Notes: generated by a model not told the origin, from the sequence alone. DNA of 64,000 nucleotides from an uncultured delta proteobacterium (GCA_963796685.1 CAWCMR010000005.1:320001-384000); one strand, 5' to 3'. Positions 1 through 10,436 are shown, counted from the first letter of the stretch. A program made the numbers and translations.

Positions 1-1
1 G

Positions 2-1333
2 GCTGGCTTTTTGGCGTGCAACGCCCCCATGCGCGATAATCCAGGATCCGGCGGAGCCACGGGCGGCACCACGTCGGCGGGCGGCACCTCCCAGGGCGGT
101 GCCACCTCGGCGGGCGGCGCAACCTCCCAGGGCGGTATCACCTCGGCCGGCGGGTCGGGCTCCCAGGGTGGCGCCACGTCCGGAGGTGGCACGACCTCCG
201 CCGGAGGTACGACCGGCGGCGGCGGCACGACGCTGGGCGGTTCAGGCGGCTCGGGAGGGACCGGCTCCTCGGGCGGCACCACCGCCGCTGGCGGAACAAC
301 GTCCGCCGGCGGCAGCTCCGCGCGCGGCGGCTCGGGCGGCGCCAGCACCTCACCGGGTGGTTCCACCGGCACCTGCACCGACGTCCAACCGCCCAACCAG
401 ACCAATCCGTGCTCGGACTGGAAGACTTGGGGCAACTGCGGCACGTCGTATTTGGTGGACAACAACTATTGCAACCTCACCTGTGGCCGCTGTGGCAGCG
501 GCACGGCCGGCGCGGGCGGCAGCGGCACCGGAGGCACCTCGGCGCGTGGCGGCTCGGCGGCGGGTGGTTCGGCAGGCTCGGGGGGATCGGCGGGGTCGGG
601 CGGCACGACTGCTTCAGGCGGCTCGGGCGGCGGCGGCACGACCGGTCCGGGTACCACCAACCCGCAGATCTCGGGCACGAATGGCTGGGCGAGCCGATAC
701 TGGGACTGCTGCAAGCCCTCGTGCGGATGGACGGCCAACTCCAATCCCCCGGTTCCAAGCTGCGCCAAGGACGGAACCACGCGCGTCGGCGCGGACGGCA
801 AGAATGGTTGCGAGGGCGGCGGGAGCGCCTTCGAATGCTACGACTTCTCGCCGTGGTACGATCCGGGCACCAACCTGGCCTACGGCTTTGCCGCCTACAA
901 CGGCGTTTCCTGCGGCACCTGTTTCATGCTGCAGTTCACGGGCGGCAGCAATTCCGGGACCAATGCCGGCGCTGCGGCGCTCAAGGGCCAGCAAATGGTG
1001 GTACAGGTGATCAACATCGGCGGCATACAAGCCAACCAATTCGACGTGCTCATTCCGGGCGGTGGCGTGGGCGCGATGAACGGCTGCGCGACCCAGTGGG
1101 GCTCGTCGACCGATCTCGGCGTGCAGTACGGTGGCCTCCTTTCGGAGTGCAACGGCGACGCTACTTGCATGAAGGGTAAGTGCACGTCCGTCTTCGGCAA
1201 TGTTTCGTCGGTCCTGAAGGCGGGATGCGACTGGTTCACGGGGTGGTACAGCTCGGCAGACAACCCCAGCTTGGTCTACAAGCAGGTTTCCTGTCCCTCG
1301 CAGCTCACCAGCAAGACCGGTCTGTCGAAGTAG
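2..1333 (+). CDS. GH45 endoglucanase lipoprotein with Gly/Ser/Thr linkers and a small Cys-rich module (5' end probably outside window)
   Basis: GH45 motifs SRYWDCCKPSCGW and NQFDVLIPGGGVG, plus WYSSADNP; lipobox-like FLAC at the window edge. Confidence 0.85.
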   Translation, partial: AGFLACNAPMRDNPGSGGATGGTTSAGGTSQGGATSAGGATSQGGITSAGGSGSQGGATSGGGTTSAGGTTGGGGTTLGGSGGSGGTGSSGGTTAAGGTTSAGGSSARGGSGGASTSPGGSTGTCTDVQPPNQTNPCSDWKTWGNCGTSYLVDNNYCNLTCGRCGSGTAGAGGSGTGGTSARGGSAAGGSAGSGGSAGSGGTTASGGSGGGGTTGPGTTNPQISGTNGWASRYWDCCKPSCGWTANSNPPVPSCAKDGTTRVGADGKNGCEGGGSAFECYDFSPWYDPGTNLAYGFAAYNGVSCGTCFMLQFTGGSNSGTNAGAAALKGQQMVVQVINIGGIQANQFDVLIPGGGVGAMNGCATQWGSSTDLGVQYGGLLSECNGDATCMKGKCTSVFGNVSSVLKAGCDWFTGWYSSADNPSLVYKQVSCPSQLTSKTGLSK

Positions 1334-1443
1334 CGCGGTACCCGCTTGCCGCGGCTTGCAGTGGCGGGACGCACGCTTTGCACGAGGAATCCGCGTACTT
1401 TCCGCACATCAATAGGATACATTATGGTAGTCGGAGGTTCTCC

Positions 1444-3432
1444 ATGCGGCTGTTGAATTCTGCGTCTCTCATCGCGCTTTGCGGCTCCCTGTTTGGCGGC
1501 GCCTGCGCCTCGGGGACGATCATCAACACGGGTCCTGAAGGCTCGGGCGGCAGCAACAACCCCGACGCCAACATCCTGCGTCTCGACGCCAACATCACGA
1601 CCATGAGATTGGACGTCCGCGTCTCGAATAATTACATCGGCTCCGATGCGCCACCCGGGCCCAACTGCGGCAACGGCGAGCGAACCAGCGACGAGGCCTG
1701 CGACGACGGCAACACGGTCTCGGGCGACGGCTGTGCCAACAACTGCCTCAGCGTCGAGCCGGGCTTTTCGTGCGTGACCCCCGGGAAACCCTGCCGACCG
1801 GTGGCTCGCTGCGGGGATGGCCTGGTGGTGTTCCCCGAACAGTGCGACGACGGTAACACGGCAGCCGGGGACGGCTGCTCGGCCGGCTGCAAGATCGAGA
1901 TCGGCTGGAAGTGCGATGGCAACCCGAGTAGTTGCTCGCACACCACGTGCGGAGACAAGAAGATCGAAGGCGCCGAGGGCTGCGACGACGGTAACAGCAT
2001 GCCCTTCGACGGTTGCTCGGCCGATTGCCAAAACGAACCCTCCTGCAAAGGCAGCGGCGCCTGCACCTCGCGATGTGGTGACGGCATCGTGCTTGGCGAA
2101 GAATGCGACGACGGCAACAACACCGACGGCGACGGTTGCTCGCACGACTGCAAGATCGAATCTGGTTTCAAGTGCTCGCAACCCGATATCGGCGACAAGA
2201 TGTTGGTCCCTGCCGTGTACCGCGACTTCAACTACCACAACCCGACCGACTTCGAGGCCGGGGTCACCGGTTCGAAGACCCCCACCACCGGCCTGGTCAA
2301 GAGCGACCTCGATGCCAACGGCAAGCCGGTGTACACCGGGGTCACCGGCAACGCTGTTCACATCGAAAGCGCAGCCTCGCTCGCCCAGTGGTACACCAAC
2401 GTCGACGGAGTGAACCACGCGACCACGGGCAAGCTGACCCTGTGGGACAACGGCAATGGCGGCTACGTGAATCGGTACAAGGAGGACGGCACCCAATACT
2501 TCAACACCGAGCCGGCCTACTACTGCGGCAACGTCGGTTCGGAGAACTCGGACGCCGACGGGAATCCGATTCCATGCACGTCCAAGTACGCCACCGCGAC
2601 AAACTGCGACGAGCTAGCCGCCAAGGGCGAAGAGATGCTGCCTGGGAGCTGCATCTCCACCAACGGTTCGTACAGCGCCAAGTTCATCGTTTCGAAGATG
2701 GATGGCAACCCTTGCTTCTTCCCCGTCGACGACGACAACTTCTCGAAGGACAGGAATTACGCCCAGATTCCTCCCTACTACGACGCCTCGAAGTCGTGGC
2801 CGAAACAGGTCGACGACGCCGGGAACGTGATCATGCACAACTTCAGCTTCACCAGCGAGGTGCGCTACTGGTTCAAGTTCGACAAGAGCAAGACCTACAC
2901 CCTCGACTTTACCGGCGACGACGATGTCTGGGTGTTCATCAACGGCAAGCTCGCAGTCGACCTGGGCGGCATCCACTCGCCGGTCAGCGGCAGCATCGTG
3001 ATCGGCTCGAACGGCAACGGTACCACCACGGTGACCTCGTACGATGACCAGGGCGTCGCCACCACCCCGACCACGTCGACCGCCAACCTTGGCTTGCAGG
3101 ATGGCACGGTTTACGAGGCCGCCGTCTTTCAAGCCGAGCGCCAGACCACCGGCTCGTCCTACAAGCTGACACTAAGCGGCTTCAACGCCGCCCCCAGCAA
3201 CTGCCACCCCGACTGCGGCGACGGCGTCCTGGAGATCGGCGAAGAGTGCGACGACGGGCCGGACAACGGCAAGGGTGGCTACGGCAGCTGCGGCGCGAAC
3301 TGCACCTTGCAAGCCGGCTTCTGCGGCGACGGCGTGGTCCAGGAGGGCGAGGACTGCGACGAAGGCGCCCTGAACGGCACCAGCGCCGATCATTGCCCGA
3401 CCGGCTGCCACTTCCTCATCCCGATCTTTTGA
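1444..3432 (+). CDS. Fibro-slime (PA14-like) domain protein with myxobacterial Cys-rich repeats
   Basis: Repeated CGDG...EECDDGN..GDGC units; HNFSFTSE, FTGDDDVWVFING, DLGGIH and FQAERQT fibro-slime motifs. Confidence 0.88.
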   Translation: MRLLNSASLIALCGSLFGGACASGTIINTGPEGSGGSNNPDANILRLDANITTMRLDVRVSNNYIGSDAPPGPNCGNGERTSDEACDDGNTVSGDGCANNCLSVEPGFSCVTPGKPCRPVARCGDGLVVFPEQCDDGNTAAGDGCSAGCKIEIGWKCDGNPSSCSHTTCGDKKIEGAEGCDDGNSMPFDGCSADCQNEPSCKGSGACTSRCGDGIVLGEECDDGNNTDGDGCSHDCKIESGFKCSQPDIGDKMLVPAVYRDFNYHNPTDFEAGVTGSKTPTTGLVKSDLDANGKPVYTGVTGNAVHIESAASLAQWYTNVDGVNHATTGKLTLWDNGNGGYVNRYKEDGTQYFNTEPAYYCGNVGSENSDADGNPIPCTSKYATATNCDELAAKGEEMLPGSCISTNGSYSAKFIVSKMDGNPCFFPVDDDNFSKDRNYAQIPPYYDASKSWPKQVDDAGNVIMHNFSFTSEVRYWFKFDKSKTYTLDFTGDDDVWVFINGKLAVDLGGIHSPVSGSIVIGSNGNGTTTVTSYDDQGVATTPTTSTANLGLQDGTVYEAAVFQAERQTTGSSYKLTLSGFNAAPSNCHPDCGDGVLEIGEECDDGPDNGKGGYGSCGANCTLQAGFCGDGVVQEGEDCDEGALNGTSADHCPTGCHFLIPIF

Positions 3433-3490
3433 TTCGCCCGCGCGAGGACTGGCCGCCCGGCACGAAGTCGTCGTACACTCGGGCACCGCC

Positions 3491-4756
3491 ATGCTCGATA
3501 TCCGACTTGTCCGTGAAAAACCCGAAGAGGTTCGCGAAGGGCTGAAGAAGCTCGCCGCGGACGTAGACCTCGACGCCGTCATTGCCCTCGACGAAGGCGT
3601 GCGCAAGCTCAAGAACGATTCGCAGGCCATCCAGGCCGACCAGAATCGACTGTCCAAGGACATCGCCAAGGCGCCGACCCCGGAGGCGCGCGAGGAGATC
3701 AAGGCCAAGGGCGCCGCGCTCAAGGAGAAGAACGAGCGGCTGCTCAGGGATCTGGCCAAGCAAGAGGCCGCCCTCGACGAGAAGCTGCTCGAGCTTCCCA
3801 ACCTGCCGCACCCTTCGGTGCCTGCGGGCAAGGACGAGAGTGAAAATCGCATCGTCCGCGAGGAGGGAAGCAAGCGCGCCTTCGACTTCACGCCGCAGGC
3901 CCACTGGGATCTCGGACCGCGCTGGGGCGTCATCGACTTCGACCGCGGGGTCAAGATCTCGGGCAGCCGCTTCTACGTGCTCAAGGACTGGGGCGCCCGC
4001 CTGCAGCGCGCGCTCATCTCGTTCATGCTGGACCTGCACACGGGCAAGCACGGCTACACCGAAATCCTGCCGCCCTACATGGTTCGCCGCGAGTGTCTCG
4101 TAGGCACGGGCAACCTGCCCAAGTTCGGCGACAACCTGTACCGCGATGCCAGCGAGGATTTCTGGTTCATCCCCACCGCCGAGGTCCCGGTGACCAACCT
4201 CTATCGCGACGAGGTTCTGGACGGCGCGCAGCTACCCATCAAGCACGTGGCCTTCACCGCGTGCTTCCGCCGCGAACAGATGGCCGCGGGCCGCGACACC
4301 CGCGGCATCAAGCGCGGCCACCAGTTCGACAAGGTCGAGCTGGTGAAATTCGTCCGCCCGGAAAACTCCATGGACGAGCTCAAGGGACTGCTCTCCGACG
4401 CCGAGGATGTGCTGAAGGCGCTCGAGCTTCCTTACCGCGTGATCGAGATGTGCACCGGCGACCTGTCGTTCTCGGCCATGGTCAAGTTCGACCTCGAGCT
4501 GTGGGCACCGGGCTGCGGGGAATGGCTGGAGGTCAGCTCGTGCTCGAACTTCGGCGACTTCCAGGCCCGGCGGGCCAAGATCCGCTTCAAGGACGGCAAG
4601 GAGAAGAACCGCTTCGTCCACACCCTGAACGGCTCCGCTTTGGCCTTGCCAAGAACCCTGATCGGTGTTCTCGAAACCTACCAGCGCGCCGACGGAAAGC
4701 TAGACGTGCCCACGGCTCTGCGACCATACTTCGGAGGAATCGAAGTTCTCGGATAG
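3491..4756 (+). CDS. serS: Seryl-tRNA synthetase
   Basis: MLDIRLVRE start, IPTAEVP, FRRE..AAGRDTRG, HQFDKVE, EVSSCSN, HTLNGS. Confidence 0.97.
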   Translation: MLDIRLVREKPEEVREGLKKLAADVDLDAVIALDEGVRKLKNDSQAIQADQNRLSKDIAKAPTPEAREEIKAKGAALKEKNERLLRDLAKQEAALDEKLLELPNLPHPSVPAGKDESENRIVREEGSKRAFDFTPQAHWDLGPRWGVIDFDRGVKISGSRFYVLKDWGARLQRALISFMLDLHTGKHGYTEILPPYMVRRECLVGTGNLPKFGDNLYRDASEDFWFIPTAEVPVTNLYRDEVLDGAQLPIKHVAFTACFRREQMAAGRDTRGIKRGHQFDKVELVKFVRPENSMDELKGLLSDAEDVLKALELPYRVIEMCTGDLSFSAMVKFDLELWAPGCGEWLEVSSCSNFGDFQARRAKIRFKDGKEKNRFVHTLNGSALALPRTLIGVLETYQRADGKLDVPTALRPYFGGIEVLG

Positions 4757-4774
4757 GGACTCGAATAGGACAAC

Positions 4775-5644
4775 GTGGAAGGCAAGCCCCTGGCACTGGC
4801 CGTTTTCTTCTCTGGCTTCTTGGCCATCGCCCTGGGCGTTCTCATCCTCCACGCCGCCAGCGCGCCGCCGCCCACGCCCAAGCGCCCCGAGCCGCCGCCT
4901 CCGCCCTCGGCCATGATCAATTCCGACATGCGCTTCTCGGTGGTGTACTACAAAGGCCTCATCGAGGCGGATGCCAAGTCCTACGGCATCGAAGCCCCGC
5001 CCTACGAAGACCTGCGGCAACCCAACCCCTACTTCGACGAGTTGCAGGGGAAGCAGCACCTACGCATCAAGGCCCCCATCGAGACCCGCCACCTGCGCGT
5101 CTCCCTGGAAGTGGAGAAGGAAACCACGATCATCGAATCCCATTCCCTCACCACGGACCATCTGGTGCTGCGCATCGAGAACCTCACGCCTCTGTACCTG
5201 GCGTACCGGGTCCAAACCACGGTGCCGGACAAACGCAAGTGCGCCATGATGGCCGTGCTCCCGCACAACGCCATTGCGCTCGAGCCGAGGCAGGTCACCC
5301 TGCGTACCGAGTGCCTCTATCGCAGGGACGCGCAGATCGACGTCGCGCGCATCGAGGTCATCGAGCTGCCGGCACTTTCCGCCTACTACGTGTCACGCGT
5401 CCCGCCCAACGCCACCTTCTACGATCCCCGAACCTCGGCCGGCCATACGCCGCCGAGAGGCACCATGTGCCCGCAGACCTTCTCTTGGCGCGACATCAGG
5501 GAAGGCATCGAAAAGAAAGAGCTGGGCTGGCGCGACGTGATTGATTTCTATGCGCGTCACAACTGCTCGGAATACTCCTTTTTCAAGTCCTATCGTTACC
5601 GCGGGGATCCAATGGCACCCCTGCCTTCCCGCTCACTCGACTAA
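4775..5644 (+). CDS. Hypothetical membrane-anchored protein
   Basis: 289-aa ORF with an N-terminal hydrophobic helix and Pro-rich linker; host-like codon bias. Confidence 0.65.
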   Translation: MEGKPLALAVFFSGFLAIALGVLILHAASAPPPTPKRPEPPPPPSAMINSDMRFSVVYYKGLIEADAKSYGIEAPPYEDLRQPNPYFDELQGKQHLRIKAPIETRHLRVSLEVEKETTIIESHSLTTDHLVLRIENLTPLYLAYRVQTTVPDKRKCAMMAVLPHNAIALEPRQVTLRTECLYRRDAQIDVARIEVIELPALSAYYVSRVPPNATFYDPRTSAGHTPPRGTMCPQTFSWRDIREGIEKKELGWRDVIDFYARHNCSEYSFFKSYRYRGDPMAPLPSRSLD

Positions 5645-5678
5645 ACCCTTGATATTCGCTACATTACCGGAGCTGGTT

Positions 5679-6026
5679 ATGACCAAGGCTGATCTCATCG
5701 CGGTGGTCGCGGACAAGCTCAAGTTCCCTTGGGCGCGCGCGGAGCTTCTCGTCGACCAGATCTTTACCAGCATGACCCAGGCCCTTCAGCAGGGCGAAGG
5801 CATCGAGATCCGCGGCTTCGGCAGCTTCACCGTGCGCGAATACAAGGCCTACGAGGGTCGCAATCCGCGCACGGGCGATACCGTCCACGTCAAGCCCAAG
5901 CGCCTGGCCTTCTTCAAGGTCGGCAAGGAGCTGCGCGAGCGCGTGAACCAAAGCCGCGCAACCGCCGCTGCGCCGAGCGGCAGCGCGGCCAATAGCCAGG
6001 CTTCCAGCCCGCTGGCGTCGGATTAG
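5679..6026 (+). CDS. ihfB: Integration host factor beta / HU family DNA-binding protein
   Basis: MTKADLI...IEIRGFGSF...GRNPRTG...FFKVGKELRERVN. Confidence 0.88.
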   Translation: MTKADLIAVVADKLKFPWARAELLVDQIFTSMTQALQQGEGIEIRGFGSFTVREYKAYEGRNPRTGDTVHVKPKRLAFFKVGKELRERVNQSRATAAAPSGSAANSQASSPLASD

Positions 6027-6038
6027 GCCAGCCCCTGG

Positions 6039-8099
6039 CTAGGCCGATCCCAGGCGGATGACCAAGCCGCTGTCGCCGTCGACCAGCACGCAATCGCCGT
6101 CTGCGAACACCGTGGATGCGCCGCGGGCCCCGACCACGGCGGGAATACCCCGCTCGCGCGCCTGGGCAGCGACGTGATCGAGCGGTCCGCCGGTTTCGGT
6201 CACGATGGCCATGGCGCTGATGAGGGGCAATTCGGTGGGCAACAGCGTCGGGGCCATCAGGACCACGTCCCAGGTGGCCGCGCCTTGGCCTGGGCGGTGC
6301 CAGAGCACGCGCCCTATGGCCCGTCCCCCGGTGCCCGCGCCACGAACCGCCTTGCCATCCGCCGCCTCGGACAGGGGTGGTGGCAGGCAGCGCGCCCGCA
6401 AGGTTGCAGCGCGACCCGAGGCGGCCACGGCGGCCAGATCGATCGTGGCCTGGTTGCCGGCCGCGATCTCGCGCGCGAGCTCTAGCGGCAGATAGAAGAC
6501 GTCCGAGGCCTCGGTCAGACGGCCCGCTTGCCGCAGACGCTTGCCAAGCGCGAGCAGCGCACGGCGAACCGCGGCTTGCGTGCGCGCGTACAGACAATCG
6601 TCGGCCTCGCCCAGGGCCACTGCCGCGCGCGCCACACCCAGGACACGTCGCCATGGCTCGACGAGTTGCGGTGGCAGCACCGCCGCCACTTGCGCGCGCG
6701 CGCCTTGCCAGTCGGGCGAGATGCCCTCGCCCGACCGACGGCCGCCCTGGGCAAGGAAAGCGTCAGGCTCCTCGGCGCACGTCGCAACGCTCACATCCCA
6801 GACCGGTGCCTCGTCGCCGAAAAGAGCAAGGTAGGCGGCGAGATTGGCGACGCGCGCGTTCGCATCTCGGCCATCCGTGGAGAAGAGCCTGGCCGCCCGC
6901 TCCCGCCGCTCGCTGGCCATGGAAGCTACCCCGGCTTGAAGCAAGGGCAGCAAAGCCAGCGCGGACGGGGCATGGGTGGCGAGGAACAGGCGCAGGTCGG
7001 CGCGGGCTTGTCGCAAGGCCGGCTGCAACACGCCGAAGATGGGCTCATAAGCGGAGACGAACAAGGCCAGGGCCGCCTCGAGATCGGGCTGCGGCCCCAA
7101 GCTGGAGAGCCGCGCCTCGACCTCGGCGCGCAAAGAGGCGAAGAATCCCTCCGCGTCCTCGCTGGCGATGGGAGGTGGCAACGAGCCCCGATCGGGCGCG
7201 TAGAAGAGGTACCCACCGAGCACCCGCTGGCGAATACCGATGGAGCACGTTCGGTCCACGAGCTCGACCAGCCCGGCCTGCGCCGGCGACAGGGGCAAGG
7301 GATTGTGGGCCGCGTCCCAGCGCCACGAGGCGCGCGGAGCCTGGTCGTCCGGGAGCTCGTCGAAACCGGGCCAGGGCCCGGCCGCGGCGGGCGGTTCGAA
7401 GGGCCGTGCCTGCAAGAAGACCACCTCGTCATCGACCAAGACCCACTCGATCTCCGTCGGCCCGCGAACCCCTGCGATCTCGGCCACGCTCCGGGCCAGT
7501 GCTCGGTTGGCCTCGGCGGGCAGCTGCCCGCTCCTAGGCGTGATCAGAGACTCGGTCATGCGACCGGGAGCGAACGCCGCGCTTCCCTCAGCTTGGCCAG
7601 GCAGGAACGCGTGCACGAGAACAGCCACCGGATCCCTCGCGGGCGGCTGTCCGTGTGCCATGGCGTAGGCCACCGCCCCCGGCGCAAGCGCCGAGCACAG
7701 GACGCGACGGACGGCCATTTCCACCTCGGACAAGGGAACGTCCCCACACGACTCGTACACGCCCGCCGCGAGGTGACCGGGAAGATCCTCGCTGGCGAAG
7801 GACGAGCGCACCGCAAAGCGCGTAGCCCCGAGGGCGCCGAGTCGCGCCTGCAATTCCGCGCGAAAGCCCGTGGGCCAGGACGCCCGCATCAGCTTCGCGC
7901 GCAAGCCGTCGAGGATCGCGAGCGCCACCGGGTCGAGACGCGCAAAGGCGGGCACGTCCGGGCAAAGGGCGCGAAAGAGCGCGTTCGTGACGGCGAATCC
8001 AGGCGGCGTCGCGAGTCCTCGCTCGGCCAGCCAGGCCAGCGAGCGCGCCTTGCCGCCCAGGCGAGCATCCTCCGCTCGCAACTCCGCCAGAAAGGACAT
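6039..8099 (-). CDS. PEP-utilising enzyme (PPDK/rifampin phosphotransferase-like architecture)
   Basis: GGKARSL, PPGF, AVRSS..SED N-terminal domain; C-terminal His-swivel motif TETGGPLDH.A..ARERGIPAVV. Confidence 0.8.
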   Translation of the reverse strand: MSFLAELRAEDARLGGKARSLAWLAERGLATPPGFAVTNALFRALCPDVPAFARLDPVALAILDGLRAKLMRASWPTGFRAELQARLGALGATRFAVRSSFASEDLPGHLAAGVYESCGDVPLSEVEMAVRRVLCSALAPGAVAYAMAHGQPPARDPVAVLVHAFLPGQAEGSAAFAPGRMTESLITPRSGQLPAEANRALARSVAEIAGVRGPTEIEWVLVDDEVVFLQARPFEPPAAAGPWPGFDELPDDQAPRASWRWDAAHNPLPLSPAQAGLVELVDRTCSIGIRQRVLGGYLFYAPDRGSLPPPIASEDAEGFFASLRAEVEARLSSLGPQPDLEAALALFVSAYEPIFGVLQPALRQARADLRLFLATHAPSALALLPLLQAGVASMASERRERAARLFSTDGRDANARVANLAAYLALFGDEAPVWDVSVATCAEEPDAFLAQGGRRSGEGISPDWQGARAQVAAVLPPQLVEPWRRVLGVARAAVALGEADDCLYARTQAAVRRALLALGKRLRQAGRLTEASDVFYLPLELAREIAAGNQATIDLAAVAASGRAATLRARCLPPPLSEAADGKAVRGAGTGGRAIGRVLWHRPGQGAATWDVVLMAPTLLPTELPLISAMAIVTETGGPLDHVAAQARERGIPAVVGARGASTVFADGDCVLVDGDSGLVIRLGSA

Positions 8100-8262
8100 G
8101 CGCGGCAATCTACCAGTCTGCCACTAAATCTGCCGGGCTTCGCTTCCAAGGTTCTTTCCCCCCGCAATCCCGCGACATGCGCAGCGACGTCGCGGAAGGC
8201 AGCAGAAAGAGATGCCTTTCCACGACGGATGCATGCACCCAGTCGGAGCGGCGAGTGGCGGT

Positions 8263-8349
8263 CGTAGTCGTAGACGTCCCCGTGGCCGTGGTCCTGTCCG
8301 ACGAAGATCACTCCGGCCACGGCCACGGCCACGTCTACGGCCACGGCCT
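8263..8349. repeat. Hexamer (GGCCAC/GTGGCC, GTAGAC/GTCTAC) low-complexity inverted repeat
   Basis: gtagacgtccccgtggccgtgg ... ccacggccacggccacgtctacggccacgg in an intergenic region. Confidence 0.6.
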
Positions 8350-8411
8350 TCTGCAGCTATCGCAGGATTATGGATTGCCGCGCCCCCCGGCCACCTCCTA
8401 TAGTCCGCGCC

Positions 8412-8963
8412 ATGCGTGGCCCCCTGCTCTCAGGAGCCCTTGGCAGCCCAGCGACGCTGGGCCGGGTGTGCAATCTCGCGCGCGCCCATTCGCCGTTGGT
8501 GGTGCTGTCCGCCCTTTGGCTGGCCGAGACCCTGGCGTCGGAGATCGAGGTGCTGGCCCTGGTCGAGGCGGAGAAGCGCGGCGCGGCCCTGCGCGCGTTA
8601 CGCCGGGCTGGCAAGCTCGGGCACCCCCTTTCCATCGTGATTGCCGCAGCCGAGGTTCCGCTCGCCCCCGGCTCCGTGGGCACGGTGCTGGTGGAGAGCC
8701 TGGTCGACATCGAGGAACTGCCCGCGGCCCGGGAGCTCATCGTTGCGCTCCTGCCCGCGCTCAAGCCGGACGGCATCGTCGTCTCGCTGGACGCAACCAA
8801 GAGCCCTTCGCTCGAAGCGCGCGTGTCCGAGATCTTCCTGGCGGCCAGTCTGGCCCACATCACGCAAATCCGTCCCCGCGAGGGAGCCCTGCTGACCACC
8901 GGGGACGCTCCCCACGCCGCGGTCGCGGCGGCCCGGCTGCGCACGCTGTTGCCCGAGCAATGA
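8412..8963 (+). CDS. Hypothetical protein (possibly degenerate methyltransferase-like fold)
   Basis: ORF with host-like codon usage; LPALKPDGIVV resembles the SAM-MTase LKPGG motif. Confidence 0.5.
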   Translation: MRGPLLSGALGSPATLGRVCNLARAHSPLVVLSALWLAETLASEIEVLALVEAEKRGAALRALRRAGKLGHPLSIVIAAAEVPLAPGSVGTVLVESLVDIEELPAARELIVALLPALKPDGIVVSLDATKSPSLEARVSEIFLAASLAHITQIRPREGALLTTGDAPHAAVAAARLRTLLPEQ

Positions 8964-9002
8964 ACCCGTGAAGCCGCCCGCCCCGCGGTATTCTCCTCGA
9001 AA

Positions 9003-10421
9003 ATGCGCCGCCTTCTGCTGGCTCTCACCTTTTCCCTGGTCGTGCACCTGGGGGTGATTGCGATTGCGGCGGGGGTCGGTCTGTGGCGCACGCTCTCGCT
9101 CGTTCCCAGCCTCAAGGTGCAGCCCATCGCCATCGACGTCGTGAACGATCTCCCGCTTGGCGCCCTTCCCGACAAGCAGCCCGCGCCAGGCGAGGAACCG
9201 CCAGCACCGCGTGTGCACAAGCCCAGGCATCACGTTGCGTCGGCCCACGAGGGCGTCGCCATCCCGGCTGCCCCCGACGCCGGCGCGCCCGAGCCCAAGG
9301 CCGACGCGGCCTTCGTCGCCAAGAGCGCTCCCCACGACGGGGGCGGCAGCATCGATGGCGGCCGACGCCGACCAGGGGACCTGCGCAGCAACGGTCCCGA
9401 GGGCTCGCGGCTGATCGCGCTCTTGCGTCTGGATCGCTTGCGCGCCTCTCCTGACAGCGAGCGCACCATCGCGGCCGTGGACCGGCTGCTCTCGCTCTTG
9501 CCGGACCGACACCGACTCATCGACGGCACAGGTCTCGATCTCTACCGCGACTTCGATACGCTGCTCATCGCGACCCCCAACCCCACCGACGATGCGGTCA
9601 CCTTCCTGGCCGCGCAGCACCACCTTGCGGACAGGGCCATCAAAGCCGCCCTGGATCGCGGGGCCAAGGCGGCGCACAAACCCATCGTCTGGCGCACCGT
9701 CGAAGGACGACCGGTCGGCATCAGACGACAGGACAAGAGCGCGGGGCGACTGGATCGCGACGACCGCATTCTGGCGTTGCCCACGCCGGAGCTCGCCATC
9801 ATGGCCACCCCGGCCTACGCCAGCCAGATGCTGGGTCAGGCGGCCGTGAGCCCGTCGACCACCCAGGCCCCGGTGGACGCTGGCAGCCCCGATGCAGGGG
9901 CAGGCGTCGGGGAAAAGCCAAGCGCCGGCCGCCCGAGCTGGCGCGAGATCGCGGGACGCATCGAGGCCGAGGACAGCGCCATGCCCGACGACGCCGCGTT
10001 CATGATGACCGCAACCAACCTGTTCGGCGCACCCGCGAGCGGCGGTTACGTCGTGCCCCCTACCCGCGGGGCCGGCGACGACCAGCCGCTTCAGCCACTC
10101 GGCGACACCGGTCCACCGCCCCAGTCGCTGACCCTGGTGGTGGGCGTGGAAGCGCCGTTCATCGAGATCCTCGCCGAATTCAAGAACGACGCGGACGCGG
10201 AGGTCTGGGAGCGCGACCTGCCGTCATGGCAACGCAAGATCGCTTCCAATCCGGCGGTCTTCCTGAGCGGATTTTCGTCGCTCATCGGCCGCGCCCAAAT
10301 CTCGCGCGAGGGCGCCACCCTGCAAACGCGCATCGAGGTATCGACGGCGGAGCTTCAACGCCTGCTCAATCTAGCCGCCAACCTGACCCAAGCCGCGCTC
10401 CCACATCCGGCTGGACCGTAG
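9003..10421 (+). CDS. Hypothetical membrane-anchored myxobacterial-type protein
   Basis: 472-aa ORF; N-terminal SLVVH TM segment (TonB-like anchor) and Pro-rich linker. Confidence 0.65.
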   Translation: MRRLLLALTFSLVVHLGVIAIAAGVGLWRTLSLVPSLKVQPIAIDVVNDLPLGALPDKQPAPGEEPPAPRVHKPRHHVASAHEGVAIPAAPDAGAPEPKADAAFVAKSAPHDGGGSIDGGRRRPGDLRSNGPEGSRLIALLRLDRLRASPDSERTIAAVDRLLSLLPDRHRLIDGTGLDLYRDFDTLLIATPNPTDDAVTFLAAQHHLADRAIKAALDRGAKAAHKPIVWRTVEGRPVGIRRQDKSAGRLDRDDRILALPTPELAIMATPAYASQMLGQAAVSPSTTQAPVDAGSPDAGAGVGEKPSAGRPSWREIAGRIEAEDSAMPDDAAFMMTATNLFGAPASGGYVVPPTRGAGDDQPLQPLGDTGPPPQSLTLVVGVEAPFIEILAEFKNDADAEVWERDLPSWQRKIASNPAVFLSGFSSLIGRAQISREGATLQTRIEVSTAELQRLLNLAANLTQAALPHPAGP

Positions 10422-10436
10422 CCCGGCGGAGCCCCT

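Noticed and set aside
5679-6026. IHF gene as part of the CRISPR adaptation system
   Set aside because: It lies over 50 kb from the array in housekeeping context near serS; no specific link.
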